A DNA stretch of 64,000 bases from Sphingomonas sp. (lineage in GTDB: Bacteria; Pseudomonadota; Alphaproteobacteria; Sphingomonadales; Sphingomonadaceae). The stretch is from contig JAKFUX010000011.1 of assembly GCA_021732465.1 (NCBI GenBank), positions 9,374 through 73,373 on the forward strand, in the 5' to 3' direction. Under the pieces are notes generated by a model. That model was not told the origin of the DNA, made no database searches, and saw nothing but the letters and a program-made list of their open reading frames with translations. Shown piece after piece: positions 40,631 through 50,926 of the stretch (its first letter is position 1; each line of letters starts with the position of its first letter). The translations under genes were made by a program, and so were the position numbers.

Positions 40631-41098
40631 TTAGCGATAGTTGCGGCACCCGTTGCGGCCATCACGCTCAATGGCCCGGCCCGCGAGCGCGCCGCCGATG
40701 CCACCGATGAGTGCGCCGGCCGTCCGGTCGCCACGACCCGCAATGGAATTGCCGAGTAATCCGCCAGCGATTGCGCCAAGCAGCGCGCCGCCCGTGCCGT
40801 CGTTGCAACGGCGGTCGTTACGGAAATCGCGGCGATAGCGGCGATCGTTGAAGCGATCATCGTACCGATCATTAAATGATTGGTTATACGCCTGATTGTA
40901 GCGGCCGTTATTGTACTGGCCACCATATTGGTTGCCGTATTGATTGCCATAGGGGTCGCCGCGATACTGTTCCTGATAAACATCCCCGCGATAGCCGCCG
41001 CGATAATCTTGCGCTGACGCTGATGCGACAGGAACAAGGGCGCTTGCGCTGATGGCGAGAGCGACGCTTGCAAGTGACAATTTCTTCAACATGGTCAT
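40631..41098 (-). CDS. Exported glycine-zipper 2TM protein with Y/N/Q/G/R-rich low-complexity region
   Basis: Signal peptide; GALLGAIAGGLLG..GALIGGIGGALAG; GAGGAG RBS. Confidence 0.85.
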   Translation of the reverse strand: MTMLKKLSLASVALAISASALVPVASASAQDYRGGYRGDVYQEQYRGDPYGNQYGNQYGGQYNNGRYNQAYNQSFNDRYDDRFNDRRYRRDFRNDRRCNDGTGGALLGAIAGGLLGNSIAGRGDRTAGALIGGIGGALAGRAIERDGRNGCRNYR

Positions 41099-41275
41099 TC
41101 TCCTCATCAGCGCCCCGCTCCAATACGGTCGGGGCAAGCTGCCGCTGTTCGACAATGGCTTTATGGTACCAGCCAGTTGAGCGAAGTCTGAATGCGTCTG
41201 TTATCGCAGGTTCATCACAAAAAACCGCAGGGCGACGGGCCTGTCAGCGGCGGCTGGCTGGGCTAAGGGTGGGTA

Positions 41276-42310
41276 ATGTCGCTGTTCCAGTCACCTGTTG
41301 TCCGATCGATACTGCTGCTCATGCTGTTTGTGCCCAGCTGGTCGACGGTGCCGCGCCTGCCCTTGCTGGGTGCGCGCGCGGCATTGGTGGCAACGCCGGT
41401 GACGCTTTATCCCGAATCGCCTGCGCGGCGACGTGTGGGGGCATTGATTTTTGAACGGGGTTATCGGCTCACCAGCGCAGATCCGGCCTTTGGCAGCTTT
41501 TCGTCGCTGATCGTCGATGGTGATCATTTCACCCTGTTGGACGATGGCGGCAACATTGTGCGTTTTCGCCTCGATTCGCGGGGGAGAATCACCAAACCGC
41601 ATTTCGCTGCGCTGCCGGCCGGACCGGGGACGGGCTGGGAAAAAAGCGACCGGGACAGTGAATCGATGACGCGTAATCCCGCATCGGGCACGATCTGGGT
41701 CAGTTTTGAGCGCGCCAATGCGATTTGGGCCTATTCGCCGGGGCTGGCAAAGCCGGTACGCCATGCAGCCCCCCGCGCGATGCAGGACTGGCCGGAGAAT
41801 GGCGGAGCAGAAGCAATGGTGCGGCTGCGCAACGGCGGCTTCATTGTGCTGTCAGAGACCGGCTTCTGGCGCGGCACCAAGGGGCAGGATTTCGTGGGGA
41901 TTCGCTTTGATGGTGACCCGACCTTGCCCGGGCGGCGCGGCTTTCGGTTCGTCTACCGCCCGCCTGACGGGTATAAGCCAACCGATATCGCAGAAATGCC
42001 GGACGGTCGCTTGCTGGTGTTGAACCGCCGATTCACGGTGCCGGCTGGGTTTCGGGCGGTGCTGACCATCGTTGATCAGCGCCTGATCGCGCCGGGCAAG
42101 CGGGTGGTTGGCCGCGAGCTGGCGCGATTCGCACCGCCTGTGCTGGCCGATAACTTTGAAGGGATCGCGATCACGCGCGAGTCAAATAACAGTACAGGCC
42201 TGTGGATCGTTTCAGACGATAACCAGTCGAGCCTACAGCAGAGCCTGTTGCTCAAATTCCGAATCGACGATGCGGCTGCCCGAAAAATCGGGGGCACGCA
42301 TCGCCAATAA
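41276..42310 (+). CDS. Esterase-like activity of phytase family (beta-propeller) protein
   Basis: FGSFS, DSES, SFE, NGGAEA, DNFEG, VSDDN; start may be downstream. Confidence 0.85.
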   Translation: MSLFQSPVVRSILLLMLFVPSWSTVPRLPLLGARAALVATPVTLYPESPARRRVGALIFERGYRLTSADPAFGSFSSLIVDGDHFTLLDDGGNIVRFRLDSRGRITKPHFAALPAGPGTGWEKSDRDSESMTRNPASGTIWVSFERANAIWAYSPGLAKPVRHAAPRAMQDWPENGGAEAMVRLRNGGFIVLSETGFWRGTKGQDFVGIRFDGDPTLPGRRGFRFVYRPPDGYKPTDIAEMPDGRLLVLNRRFTVPAGFRAVLTIVDQRLIAPGKRVVGRELARFAPPVLADNFEGIAITRESNNSTGLWIVSDDNQSSLQQSLLLKFRIDDAAARKIGGTHRQ

Positions 42311-42316
42311 ATCGGA

Positions 42317-42616
42317 TCAGGCGGCGGTTGCTGCCGGTGTCAGCTTCTTGCGGATGTCACGCTTCAGGCGACGCGCCTTGAGCGAGAGCTGATCATCGGC
42401 GGTCTTCACCAGCCAGTTGTCCAGCCCGCCGACATGCTCAACCGACCGCAAGCCGTTGGTTGAAACGCGCAGCTTCACGCTGGTGCCCAGCGCGTCTGAC
42501 AGCAAGGTCACGTTCTGCAGGTTAGGCAGAAACGTCCGCTTGGTCTTATTGTTGGCGTGGGATACGTTGTTACCCACCTGCCGGCCCTTGCCGGTCAGTT
42601 CGCAGATACGCGACAT
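42317..42616 (-). CDS. rpmB: 50S ribosomal protein L28
   Basis: [28 protein letters not shown]. Confidence 0.98.
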   Translation of the reverse strand: MSRICELTGKGRQVGNNVSHANNKTKRTFLPNLQNVTLLSDALGTSVKLRVSTNGLRSVEHVGGLDNWLVKTADDQLSLKARRLKRDIRKKLTPAATAA

Positions 42617-42704
42617 TGCTTGAATTCCTGAATTCTGGTTACCCGGAAAGAGGGCGCGGATAGCCAGTTAGATCGCATCAGTCAACCGATTCACGTGTGG
42701 GCGT

Positions 42705-42730
42705 GCAACCAATCAGCGCCATGCGGCGTT
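42705..42730 (+). promoter_or_regulatory. Putative EcfG (general stress sigma) promoter
   Basis: GCAAC-N17-CGTT; consensus GGAAC-N16/17-CGTT. Confidence 0.55.
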
Positions 42731-42769
42731 ATTACGCAAACGAACCGATCACTTGAAGGGGTTTATCAT

Positions 42770-43057
42770 ATGCGCGCTTTGCTTATTCTCGTCGGGCTTG
42801 CTGCCCTCGCCGTGCTTGGCGCCTGGTCGCTGGGCCTGATCAACATTGACCAGAGCAAGGTTGCGCTGGCGCCGGAATTGAAGATGGAAGGCGGGCAGGC
42901 CCCCGAATTTACCGTCAACATGGCCAAAATCGAAATCGGGACAGAGAACAAGACGATTGAGGTGCCCACCGTCGGCACCACCACGCGCACGATCACGGTG
43001 CCAACGATGACAGTCGAAAAGCCAGGCAATGCGCAGGAAGCCCCCGCGACAAAGTAA
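42770..43057 (+). CDS. Small membrane-anchored hypothetical protein
   Basis: N-terminal TM, GGQAP.F.V, repeated TIxVPT. Confidence 0.8.
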   Translation: MRALLILVGLAALAVLGAWSLGLINIDQSKVALAPELKMEGGQAPEFTVNMAKIEIGTENKTIEVPTVGTTTRTITVPTMTVEKPGNAQEAPATK

Positions 43058-43105
43058 CGACACCTGTGGCTAGCCAATCGCCGCGCGATCGGGGCATAAG
43101 CGGGG

Positions 43106-43561
43106 ATGTTTCCCTTGCCCGATCCGATGCGCGCGGCGCTGGCGGCTGCGCATGAAGCGGCCGCGACAGGCGAAGTGCCGGTCGGGGCGGTGATTGTGCA
43201 GGCTGGGCAGATTATCGCCACTGCCGCCAATGCGCCCCGCGCGCTGCATGATCCGACAGCCCATGCTGAAATTCTGGCGATTCGCGCCGCAGCAAAGCTT
43301 CTGGGTCGCGACCGGCTTGACGGATGCGACCTGTGGGTGACGCTGGAACCCTGCGCAATGTGTGCAGGCGCGATCAGCCATGCGCGGCTTGACCGGCTCT
43401 ATTACGGTGCAGACGATGCCAAGGGCGGCGCGGTGGCGCACGGCCCGCGTTTCTTCACGCAACCCACCTGCCACCACCGCCCGGACGTTTATGCAGGCAT
43501 TGGTGAAGGCGACGCTGCCGCGCTGCTCAAGGCATTTTTTGCGGCGCGTCGCCAAGGCTAA
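43106..43561 (+). CDS. tadA: tRNA adenosine deaminase
   Basis: GEVPVGAV, DPTAHAE, TLEPCAMC. Confidence 0.9.
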   Translation: MFPLPDPMRAALAAAHEAAATGEVPVGAVIVQAGQIIATAANAPRALHDPTAHAEILAIRAAAKLLGRDRLDGCDLWVTLEPCAMCAGAISHARLDRLYYGADDAKGGAVAHGPRFFTQPTCHHRPDVYAGIGEGDAAALLKAFFAARRQG

Positions 43562-43636
43562 CGCTGCCCGCCCGATCTAATTCGTTGATGCGTGTTGTGA
43601 ACTGGTGCGATTCGCGGCAAAGGATGATACAGCGCC

Positions 43637-44950
43637 ATGGCACCGCTTTCCCCCTTTCCCTGGATCGATGTCGCGATCATCGCGGCTCTTGTCTTGCTCA
43701 ACGGCGTCTTTGCGATGTCTGAGCTGGCGATTGTCTCGTCGCGCCGGGCGCGGCTGGAGGCAATGGCGCGGGCGCAGGTGCGGGGTGCGCAAGCAGCGCT
43801 GGCGCTGGCGGCAGATCCCGGGAAATTCCTGTCGACGGTGCAGATCGGCATCACGCTGATCGGGATCCTGGCTGGCGCCTATTCGGGGGCAAGCCTGGGC
43901 GCACCGGTGGGCGCCAGGCTGGCAGCAATGGGCATGGCCCAGCCGCTCGCGCTATCTATGGGGTTCGCGATTGTTATTGGCGTGACGACCTATGCGTCCT
44001 TGGTCGTCGGCGAACTGGTGCCCAAACAGATCGCCCTGCGCGCGCCGGAAGCAATCGCCGTGGTGATGGCATTGCCGATGCAGTGGCTGGCGGTCGCGAC
44101 CGCACCGGTCGTGTGGGTGCTCGATTCGACGAGCGCGGGCCTGTTCTGGCTCATGCGCCTGCAACGCGAATCGCAGGATCATGTGACGGCTGAGGAGCTT
44201 CACATGATCGTCGCCGAGGCATCGAAATCGGGCGTGATTGAGGAGCATGAACGCTCGATCATTTCCGGCGTGGTTCGGCTGGCGGATCGCCCGGCGCGTG
44301 AAGTGATGACGCCGCGTACCGATATTGAATGGCTTGATGTTGATCTTGACGAGGCCGGGATTCGCGCGGCGTTGATGACGGCGACGCACACCCGGCTGCC
44401 GGTGGTGGAAGGATCAGTGGATGCCGTGATCGGCGTGGTCCAGGCGCGCGATATCGTTGCGGCGGTGTTTGCTGGCGAGCCGCTCAACCTGCGCACGTTG
44501 ATGCGCAAGGCTCCCGTCGTGCTTGATCAGCTCGATGCGATGGACGTGCTGAATGCGCTGCGCAAAGCTGAGGTACCGATGGCGCTGCTGCACGACGAAT
44601 ATGGCCATTTCGAAGGCATCGTAACGCCTGCCGATCTGTTGTCGGCAATCGCCGGCGAATTCGCCTCCGATAGCGATCCCGATGACGAACCCAATGTGGT
44701 TGTGCGTGATGACGGTTCGCTGCTCGTCGCAGGCCAGATGGCCGCAGATGCCCTGGCTGAGCGATTGGGCATCGATCTGCCGGAGGATCGCGATTTCGCA
44801 ACCGTCGCGGGGCTGGCGCTGGCGGTGTTCCGCCATTTGCCCGGCGAGGGGGAAAGCTTTGTTGAACAAGGCTGGAAGTTCGAAGTGGTCGACCTTGACG
44901 GTCGCCGGATCGACAAATTGCTGGTCAGCGCGGTGGTGCGGGCGGATTAG
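43637..44950 (+). CDS. CNNM/CorB-type protein (DUF21-CBS-CorC, 'hemolysin family')
   Basis: FAMSELA, TVQIGIT, GELVPK, VMTPR, DEYG..GIVT. Confidence 0.92.
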   Translation: MAPLSPFPWIDVAIIAALVLLNGVFAMSELAIVSSRRARLEAMARAQVRGAQAALALAADPGKFLSTVQIGITLIGILAGAYSGASLGAPVGARLAAMGMAQPLALSMGFAIVIGVTTYASLVVGELVPKQIALRAPEAIAVVMALPMQWLAVATAPVVWVLDSTSAGLFWLMRLQRESQDHVTAEELHMIVAEASKSGVIEEHERSIISGVVRLADRPAREVMTPRTDIEWLDVDLDEAGIRAALMTATHTRLPVVEGSVDAVIGVVQARDIVAAVFAGEPLNLRTLMRKAPVVLDQLDAMDVLNALRKAEVPMALLHDEYGHFEGIVTPADLLSAIAGEFASDSDPDDEPNVVVRDDGSLLVAGQMAADALAERLGIDLPEDRDFATVAGLALAVFRHLPGEGESFVEQGWKFEVVDLDGRRIDKLLVSAVVRAD

Positions 44951-45025
44951 GGTTTGAAGCGATAAGGGCGAAGGTCAGGGTAACGGTGATCTGACGGTCG
45001 GCCTTTTAGCGAATGGGTTGTTAAA

Positions 45026-45541
45026 TTGCCGACGATGCAGCTTGCAACGGTCACAGCCCTATGTCGCGCTTTTGAAGCGGCCGACCTTGATTACTGGATC
45101 GACGGCGGCTGGGGCGTCGATGCGCTGCTCGGTCGACAAACGCGTCCTCATTCCGATTTGGACCTCGCCGTTCATTTCGCCGATCTGAAGTGTTTTCAGC
45201 AAACGCTTACGGCGCTGGGGTATCAGCTGATCGTTCAGCCGGACGGTCGGGATTGGAATCCCGTGTTTCTTCATCCAATCGACGGGTCGGTCGATCTCCA
45301 TGGCTTTGTTCTGAATGAGTTTGGGGAAGGTGTCCTTGGTGCCCCAAGCGAGAATTCATCTTATCCTGCGGGTGCGCTCAATGGCATTGGCACATTGGAC
45401 ACCTTACAGGTTCGCCGCATTGCCGCGCCGTTTGTGCTGGCCTTCCGAAATGGCTTTGAACCGCGGGCTGTCGATCATCATGATGTTGCAGCTCTGTGCG
45501 CGCATTTCGGCCTGATGCGCCCTAGCCGCTTTCAGCCTTAG
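45026..45541 (+). CDS. ANT(2'')/Lnu-like nucleotidyltransferase
   Basis: WIDGGWGVDALLGRQTRPHSDLD, VDLH, DHHD; start uncertain (45026/45035). Confidence 0.85.
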   Translation: MPTMQLATVTALCRAFEAADLDYWIDGGWGVDALLGRQTRPHSDLDLAVHFADLKCFQQTLTALGYQLIVQPDGRDWNPVFLHPIDGSVDLHGFVLNEFGEGVLGAPSENSSYPAGALNGIGTLDTLQVRRIAAPFVLAFRNGFEPRAVDHHDVAALCAHFGLMRPSRFQP

Positions 45542-45636
45542 GGGAAGAGCATCGCCCAAGATGGCGGTCAGGGCAAATGGGGGGTCAGCACGCTTGCAAA
45601 CGCCACAATGTTGACGCCAGGCGCGCCGAATCCGGA

Positions 45637-46167
45637 TTATCCCCCCAGCTTGCCGAACGCCGCTTCGAACCCCGCAACATCGCCCGCTGTCAGCAGCTTC
45701 GCCTGTTCGATCCAGCGGTCGCGCGAGATCCGGCCGGCGAAACTGCCCATCTGCGCGTCGATGTCGGCGATTTGACCGGGTGATAGCGCCGCGAGCTGAT
45801 CGACGCTGGCAATGCCGAGTTCGGCAAGCCGCGCCGCTGCCTTGGGGCCAAGCCCCTTGAGAAGGGTCAGCGGTTGGTCAGTGGCTGCCGTGGGTAACGA
45901 TACCGCTGGCAATGGCGGCAGGTCGGGCATGTCCGCAACGGGTTCGTCTGTGGGTGCGACGGCCACTGGCGCATGACCTGCCAGCGCGGCGTGTTTTTCA
46001 GCTTCGGCAACCTCGCCCGCCTTCACGCGCCGGCGCATCGTTCCCCAGGCGATCATGGCGATGGCGCACAACGAAGCGATGGCAATCAGGATCATTGTCA
46101 GCGCCGTCATCGCGCCAGCATTTGCAGATGCCGCAAAACTCAACATCGTCACGCTTGCCATACCCAA
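45637..46167 (-). CDS. Membrane-anchored helix-hairpin-helix protein (NuoE/L21 C-terminal-like domain)
   Basis: LKGLGPK..L..LGI..QLA..GRISRDRWIEQA. Confidence 0.78.
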   Translation of the reverse strand: MGMASVTMLSFAASANAGAMTALTMILIAIASLCAIAMIAWGTMRRRVKAGEVAEAEKHAALAGHAPVAVAPTDEPVADMPDLPPLPAVSLPTAATDQPLTLLKGLGPKAAARLAELGIASVDQLAALSPGQIADIDAQMGSFAGRISRDRWIEQAKLLTAGDVAGFEAAFGKLGG

Positions 46168-46181
46168 TATGCTCCCATCCT

Positions 46182-47447
46182 TCAGGCCGATTGCCGCGCG
46201 ATTTCGCGCCAGCCAATGTCATGGCGACAAAATCCATCGGCAAAGTCGATCGCCGCAACGCTGCGATAGGCCTTGGCCTGCGCGTCTTGAACGGTGCCCG
46301 CCCGTGCCGTCACGGCGAGAACGCGGCCACCGCTTGCCACCAGCGCACCATCAACGCTTTTGGTTCCAGCCTGAAAGACGATGGCGCCTGCTGCCTCTGC
46401 TGCATCAATGCCCATAATCGCGCCGCCAGTTTGCGGTGCAGCTGGATAGCCGCGCGCCGCCATCACCACCGTAAGCGCGACATCGTCGCAAAACACCGGG
46501 GCGGCGCATTCGGCCAATGTGCCACGCGCCGTCGCCAGCATGATGGGTAGCAGGTCGCTGTCCAACCGCATCATCAGCACCTGACATTCGGGATCGCCAA
46601 AGCGCGCATTATATTCGATCAGCTTGGGGCCATCCGCTGTCAGCATCAGCCCGGCATAGAGCACCCCTGAAAAGGGCATTCCCGCCGCTGCCATCGCTGC
46701 CACTGTCGGGGCGATAATCTCATCAATCGCGCGCTGTTCGAGCGCGGCGGTCAGCACGGTGGCGGGGCTGTACGCGCCCATGCCACCGGTGTTGGGGCCG
46801 GTATCGCCGTCGCCGACGCGCTTGTGATCCTGCGCGGACCCAAATGACATGATGGCTGTGCCATCGGTGAGGACGAACAAGCTGGCTTCTTCGCCCTCCA
46901 GAAATTCCTCGATCACGGCGTCGCCGCCGGTTTTGCCGAACATGCCGGCCAGCGCTGCTTCGGCTTCCTCGGCGGTATTGGCGATCGTCACGCCCTTGCC
47001 TGCGGCCAGTCCGTCGGCTTTGATCACGACGGGCAGCCCGAAATCGCCCAGCGCGGCCATGGCGCCATCATGCGAGGTGACGCGCGCATAACGCGCCGTG
47101 GGGATGCGGGCGCGCTTGCACAAATCCTTGGTAAAGCCCTTTGATCCTTCAAGCTGCGCTGCCTTGGCATCGGGGCCGAACACCGCAATCTTCATCGTGC
47201 GCAGATTATCCGCCAGCCCGTCGACCAACGGCGCTTCGGGCCCAATCACCACCAGCTCAACCGAATGGCGCAGGCAGAAATCAATGATCGCGCGGTGATC
47301 ACCCGGATCAATCGCCGCGATTGTTGCGTGTTGGGCTATGCCGGGGTTGCCGGGTGCGGCATAAAGCGTTGTCAGGTCCGGTGACTGCGCCAGCTTCCAT
47401 GCCAGCGCATGCTCGCGGCCCCCCGATCCGATCAGCAGGACATTCAT
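46182..47447 (-). CDS. purD: Phosphoribosylamine-glycine ligase
   Basis: [45 protein letters not shown]. Confidence 0.97.
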   Translation of the reverse strand: MNVLLIGSGGREHALAWKLAQSPDLTTLYAAPGNPGIAQHATIAAIDPGDHRAIIDFCLRHSVELVVIGPEAPLVDGLADNLRTMKIAVFGPDAKAAQLEGSKGFTKDLCKRARIPTARYARVTSHDGAMAALGDFGLPVVIKADGLAAGKGVTIANTAEEAEAALAGMFGKTGGDAVIEEFLEGEEASLFVLTDGTAIMSFGSAQDHKRVGDGDTGPNTGGMGAYSPATVLTAALEQRAIDEIIAPTVAAMAAAGMPFSGVLYAGLMLTADGPKLIEYNARFGDPECQVLMMRLDSDLLPIMLATARGTLAECAAPVFCDDVALTVVMAARGYPAAPQTGGAIMGIDAAEAAGAIVFQAGTKSVDGALVASGGRVLAVTARAGTVQDAQAKAYRSVAAIDFADGFCRHDIGWREIARQSA

Positions 47448-48834
47448 GTCAGATAGTTTCCCCGATGATGTCTCAGATAGCCATGGTTCGCGGCTGGTAG
47501 CGGAGACGATCCCCGGCGACAATGCGGCACCCCTTAGCGTGGGGGAGCTGTCGATGAAGCTCAAGCGCTTTGTCGAGGGTGAATTTGGCCATGTCCGGCT
47601 GCGCGGGGAGATATCGGGGTATAAGCGCGCGGTTTCAGGCCATGTCTATCTGGCGCTGAAGGATGACAGCGCGGTGATTGACGCGGTGATCTGGAAGGGG
47701 GCGGCCAGCGCCTTGCCGTTCACGCCGCAAGACGGGATCGAGGTGATCGCAACCGGCAAGCTGACGACCTATCCGGGGCGATCCAAATACCAGATCGTGA
47801 TCGATCGGATGGAGCTGGCGGGCGAAGGCGCGCTGATGGCGCTGCTGGAAAAGCTGAAGGCAAAGCTGGCGGCGGAGGGCTTATTCGATCCGCAGCGCAA
47901 AAAGCCCTTGCCGTTTTTGCCGCGCACGATTGGCGTGGTGACATCGCCGACCGGCGCCGTCATCCGCGATATCCTGCACCGTTTGGCGGATCGTTTCCCC
48001 AGCCATGTGCTCGTCTGGCCGGTGGCGGTGCAGGGCGATGGCGCAGCGGCGCAAATTGCACGCGCTGTGCGCGGGTTTGACGCGATTGCACCGGGCGGGC
48101 CGGTGCCGCGCCCCGATCTGGTCATTGTGGCGCGTGGCGGTGGCTCGATTGAGGATCTGTGGGCTTTCAATGAAGAGGCTGTCGTTCGCGCGATTGCCGA
48201 ATGTTCGATCCCGATCATCTCCGCCGTGGGCCATGAAACCGACACCAGCCTGTCCGATTTTGCCGCCGATCTGCGCGCGCCCACGCCCACCGCCGCTGCG
48301 GAAATCGCCGTGCCGGTCCGGCTTGATCTGATGGCGACCGTGGCGGGCTATGCCCAGCGCAGCGAACGATGTGTGCAGCGGTATCACGAGCGCGCGCGCG
48401 AGCGGCTTGATGCGCTGGTGCGGGTGATGCCCAGGCGAGAGGCTTTGCTGGGGCCGCAGCGCCAGCGTGCAGATGATTTGGGCGCACGGCTCGATCGCGC
48501 ACTGGAGGTGCGCGTGATGCGGGGGCGGGCGCAGCTTGACCGCATCGGCGCCGTGCTGCGCCCGGCGATGCTTGACCGCCAATTGGCCAGCGGGCGCGAC
48601 CGGCTGACGCGGACGGTGCAATTGCTCGAAGCGGTTAACCCCAGCGGATTGCTGAAGCGCGGCTATGTGCTGGTCCAGGCGCGCGGGGGCGGTGTGGTGA
48701 CCAGTGCGGCGCAGGCGCGGTCGGCCGCTGCGCTCACGCTCCATTTTGGGGACGGCAGCGTTGATGCACGGGTTGAGCGTGCGGCGGCAAAGCCGTATGA
48801 AAAGCCCAAGGTCGATCAGCCGAGCCTGTTATAG
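47446..48834 (+). CDS. xseA: Exodeoxyribonuclease VII large subunit
   Basis: [38 protein letters not shown]. Confidence 0.96.
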   Translation: MSDSFPDDVSDSHGSRLVAETIPGDNAAPLSVGELSMKLKRFVEGEFGHVRLRGEISGYKRAVSGHVYLALKDDSAVIDAVIWKGAASALPFTPQDGIEVIATGKLTTYPGRSKYQIVIDRMELAGEGALMALLEKLKAKLAAEGLFDPQRKKPLPFLPRTIGVVTSPTGAVIRDILHRLADRFPSHVLVWPVAVQGDGAAAQIARAVRGFDAIAPGGPVPRPDLVIVARGGGSIEDLWAFNEEAVVRAIAECSIPIISAVGHETDTSLSDFAADLRAPTPTAAAEIAVPVRLDLMATVAGYAQRSERCVQRYHERARERLDALVRVMPRREALLGPQRQRADDLGARLDRALEVRVMRGRAQLDRIGAVLRPAMLDRQLASGRDRLTRTVQLLEAVNPSGLLKRGYVLVQARGGGVVTSAAQARSAAALTLHFGDGSVDARVERAAAKPYEKPKVDQPSLL

Positions 48835-48879
48835 CATCGGCGAAAACGAACGCGCAGGCCGCGTCTGGGAACCAGTAGC

Positions 48880-49080
48880 ATGTTGATGTCAAATACCGAT
48901 CGCGCCGCTCGCCTTCATTATATGGCGAATAGTTTTCGTGTGCTCGCACCGGGCGACCATGTCGCTTGTGCGGTAACGGGGGAGCGGATCGGGCTGGATT
49001 CGCTGCGTTATTGGAGCGTTGCCCTGCAGCAACCCTATGCCAGCGCCGCGATCGCGATGGCAGCGATGTCGCCCGCATAA
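48880..49080 (+). CDS. DUF2093-family small protein
   Basis: PGDHVACAVTGERI.LDSLRYWS..Q.PY. Confidence 0.85.
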   Translation: MLMSNTDRAARLHYMANSFRVLAPGDHVACAVTGERIGLDSLRYWSVALQQPYASAAIAMAAMSPA

Positions 49081-49109
49081 TGGTGCACCGGGGGGGCAGG
49101 CGAACAGGG

Positions 49110-50087
49110 ATGAGGCGCGGTCGCCGCTGGGTGGCCGGGCTTGCCATCATGATCGTGCAAGGCAGTTGCCTTGCCCCCGCGGCGGAGCGCCCGGTGCCGG
49201 CCCCCCGTGTTGCCCCAAAGGCCGTCGCACCTGCCGCCCAATCTCCTGCCGCCCAATCGCCTACTGGGGCCTCTGCGGCACCAGCCAGCATGTTACCGGC
49301 CAAAGGATTGCTCACCCAAACCGGGTTTCGGCTGAATGGGCCGATGATTCAGGGCGGCACGGTGATTGGCACCGCGCCTGCGGGGACGACATTGCTCAGC
49401 TTTAACGGTGGATCGCTGCCGCTTGCCGCCGATGGCCGGTTCCTGTTTGCGTTTGATCGCGACGCGGGCCCCACAGCGACGCTGTCCGCAACGCTGGAGG
49501 ATGGGCGCGTTCTTACCGAAACGCTGTCGGTGGCCCGGCGCGCCTGGAACATCGAGCGGCTCGATAGCTTGCCGCGCTTTGCCCAGCCAAGCGAGGAGTT
49601 TAATCGCCTTCGCCCCGCCGAGCTTGAACAGATTAATGCCGCGCGGCGAATCAGCGTCACGTCTGCTGGGTGGCAACAGCCATTCTTATGGCCAGCGGTG
49701 GGCCGACTTTCAGGCATGTTCGGGTCGCAGCGCATTTACAAAAATGGTGAGGCGGGCAGCTATCATTCGGGCACGGATATCGCTCGGCCCTCGGGCGCAA
49801 CGGTGATGGCGCCTGCTGACGGCGTCGTGATTCTCGCGGCGGACCATCCCTTCACGCTGGAGGGCAATCTGTTGATGATTGATCACGGCATGGGCCTGAA
49901 CAGTGCGTTTCTGCACCTGTCCCGAATTGACGTGCGCGTTGGCGAAACGGTGAAGCGCGGGCAGCCGATTGGCGCTGTCGGCATGTCGGGCAGAGCCACT
50001 GGCCCGCACCTCCACTGGAGCGTGAAATGGCGTGACAGCCGCATCGATCCGCTGTTGCTCGCCGGGCCGATGCCGGTTTCGCAATAA
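49110..50087 (+). CDS. M23-family metallopeptidase
   Basis: HSGTD, IDHG, ATGPHLHW. Confidence 0.92.
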   Translation: MRRGRRWVAGLAIMIVQGSCLAPAAERPVPAPRVAPKAVAPAAQSPAAQSPTGASAAPASMLPAKGLLTQTGFRLNGPMIQGGTVIGTAPAGTTLLSFNGGSLPLAADGRFLFAFDRDAGPTATLSATLEDGRVLTETLSVARRAWNIERLDSLPRFAQPSEEFNRLRPAELEQINAARRISVTSAGWQQPFLWPAVGRLSGMFGSQRIYKNGEAGSYHSGTDIARPSGATVMAPADGVVILAADHPFTLEGNLLMIDHGMGLNSAFLHLSRIDVRVGETVKRGQPIGAVGMSGRATGPHLHWSVKWRDSRIDPLLLAGPMPVSQ

Positions 50088-50172
50088 GTACATATTGAGC
50101 GGCGGAAATCCTGCGCGGTCACGACTCCAGACGAATACAAGTCAGGGCATTGTTGAGGGATCGTGCTGGATG

Positions 50173-50682
50173 CTAGCGAATTCGCTTGGCATTTACCGAT
50201 GGTACTTTGGCAAAAACCATATGAAAGCTGCCAAGCGCACCACGTTTGATGGTCACGGTGCTGTTGAGTTTCGGCTGGTTTAAAATAGCCTCAGAGGTCT
50301 GCCAGACCGCACCGCTATCAAGCGTGTACTGTATGAACCGACCCACGATTGCGATTCCGGTGATCTTGGCAACCAGTTCTTTTGCCTCAGGTTCGGCAGC
50401 ATTGCCGAGGATCGTTCCCTCCGTAAACGCTAGGCCGAACCCGCGTTTTTTGTTCTGTCGCAATTCGGCGCGCTCGATCACGACGACATCCTTGGCCGTA
50501 ATCGATGCCTCGAACATTTCGGTCGCTTTGTCATAACAGGCGAGTCTGGCGCTGCTATCGATGATTTTGCGGCATTCACCTAACGCAGCAACAGATTTAG
50601 GCCGATCATCGGCCCAGGCCGGCTCGGCGTGCATAACGACAGCCATCATCACGGCGGCGACGGCATAGGGCGCGATGGACAT
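50173..50682 (-). CDS. Exported hypothetical protein (C..I.D..ARLACYD, C-terminal OB-like strands)
   Basis: Signal peptide; GAAGGAG RBS; divergent from the TBDR. Confidence 0.8.
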   Translation of the reverse strand: MSIAPYAVAAVMMAVVMHAEPAWADDRPKSVAALGECRKIIDSSARLACYDKATEMFEASITAKDVVVIERAELRQNKKRGFGLAFTEGTILGNAAEPEAKELVAKITGIAIVGRFIQYTLDSGAVWQTSEAILNQPKLNSTVTIKRGALGSFHMVFAKVPSVNAKRIR

Positions 50683-50926
50683 ATCGTCTCCTTCAGAAAA
50701 TCGATGGGTTGGAGGCTAGCCCTAGCATGCCAGCAGCGCAACAAGCGCCATTTTGGCCGATGTTGCTCAAATGGCACATTGCGGGTGGAAAGCGGTTTTC
50801 ACTATTGCACCGGCATTACAGTTTTGGGTAGCAATGGAGATTAGAGGGATACGAAATCGAAATTCGAAGCAATCATCCGGTTGCCCGACAAAAAAACGTC
50901 ATTAAGTAACAAGGGGATACGTTGAA

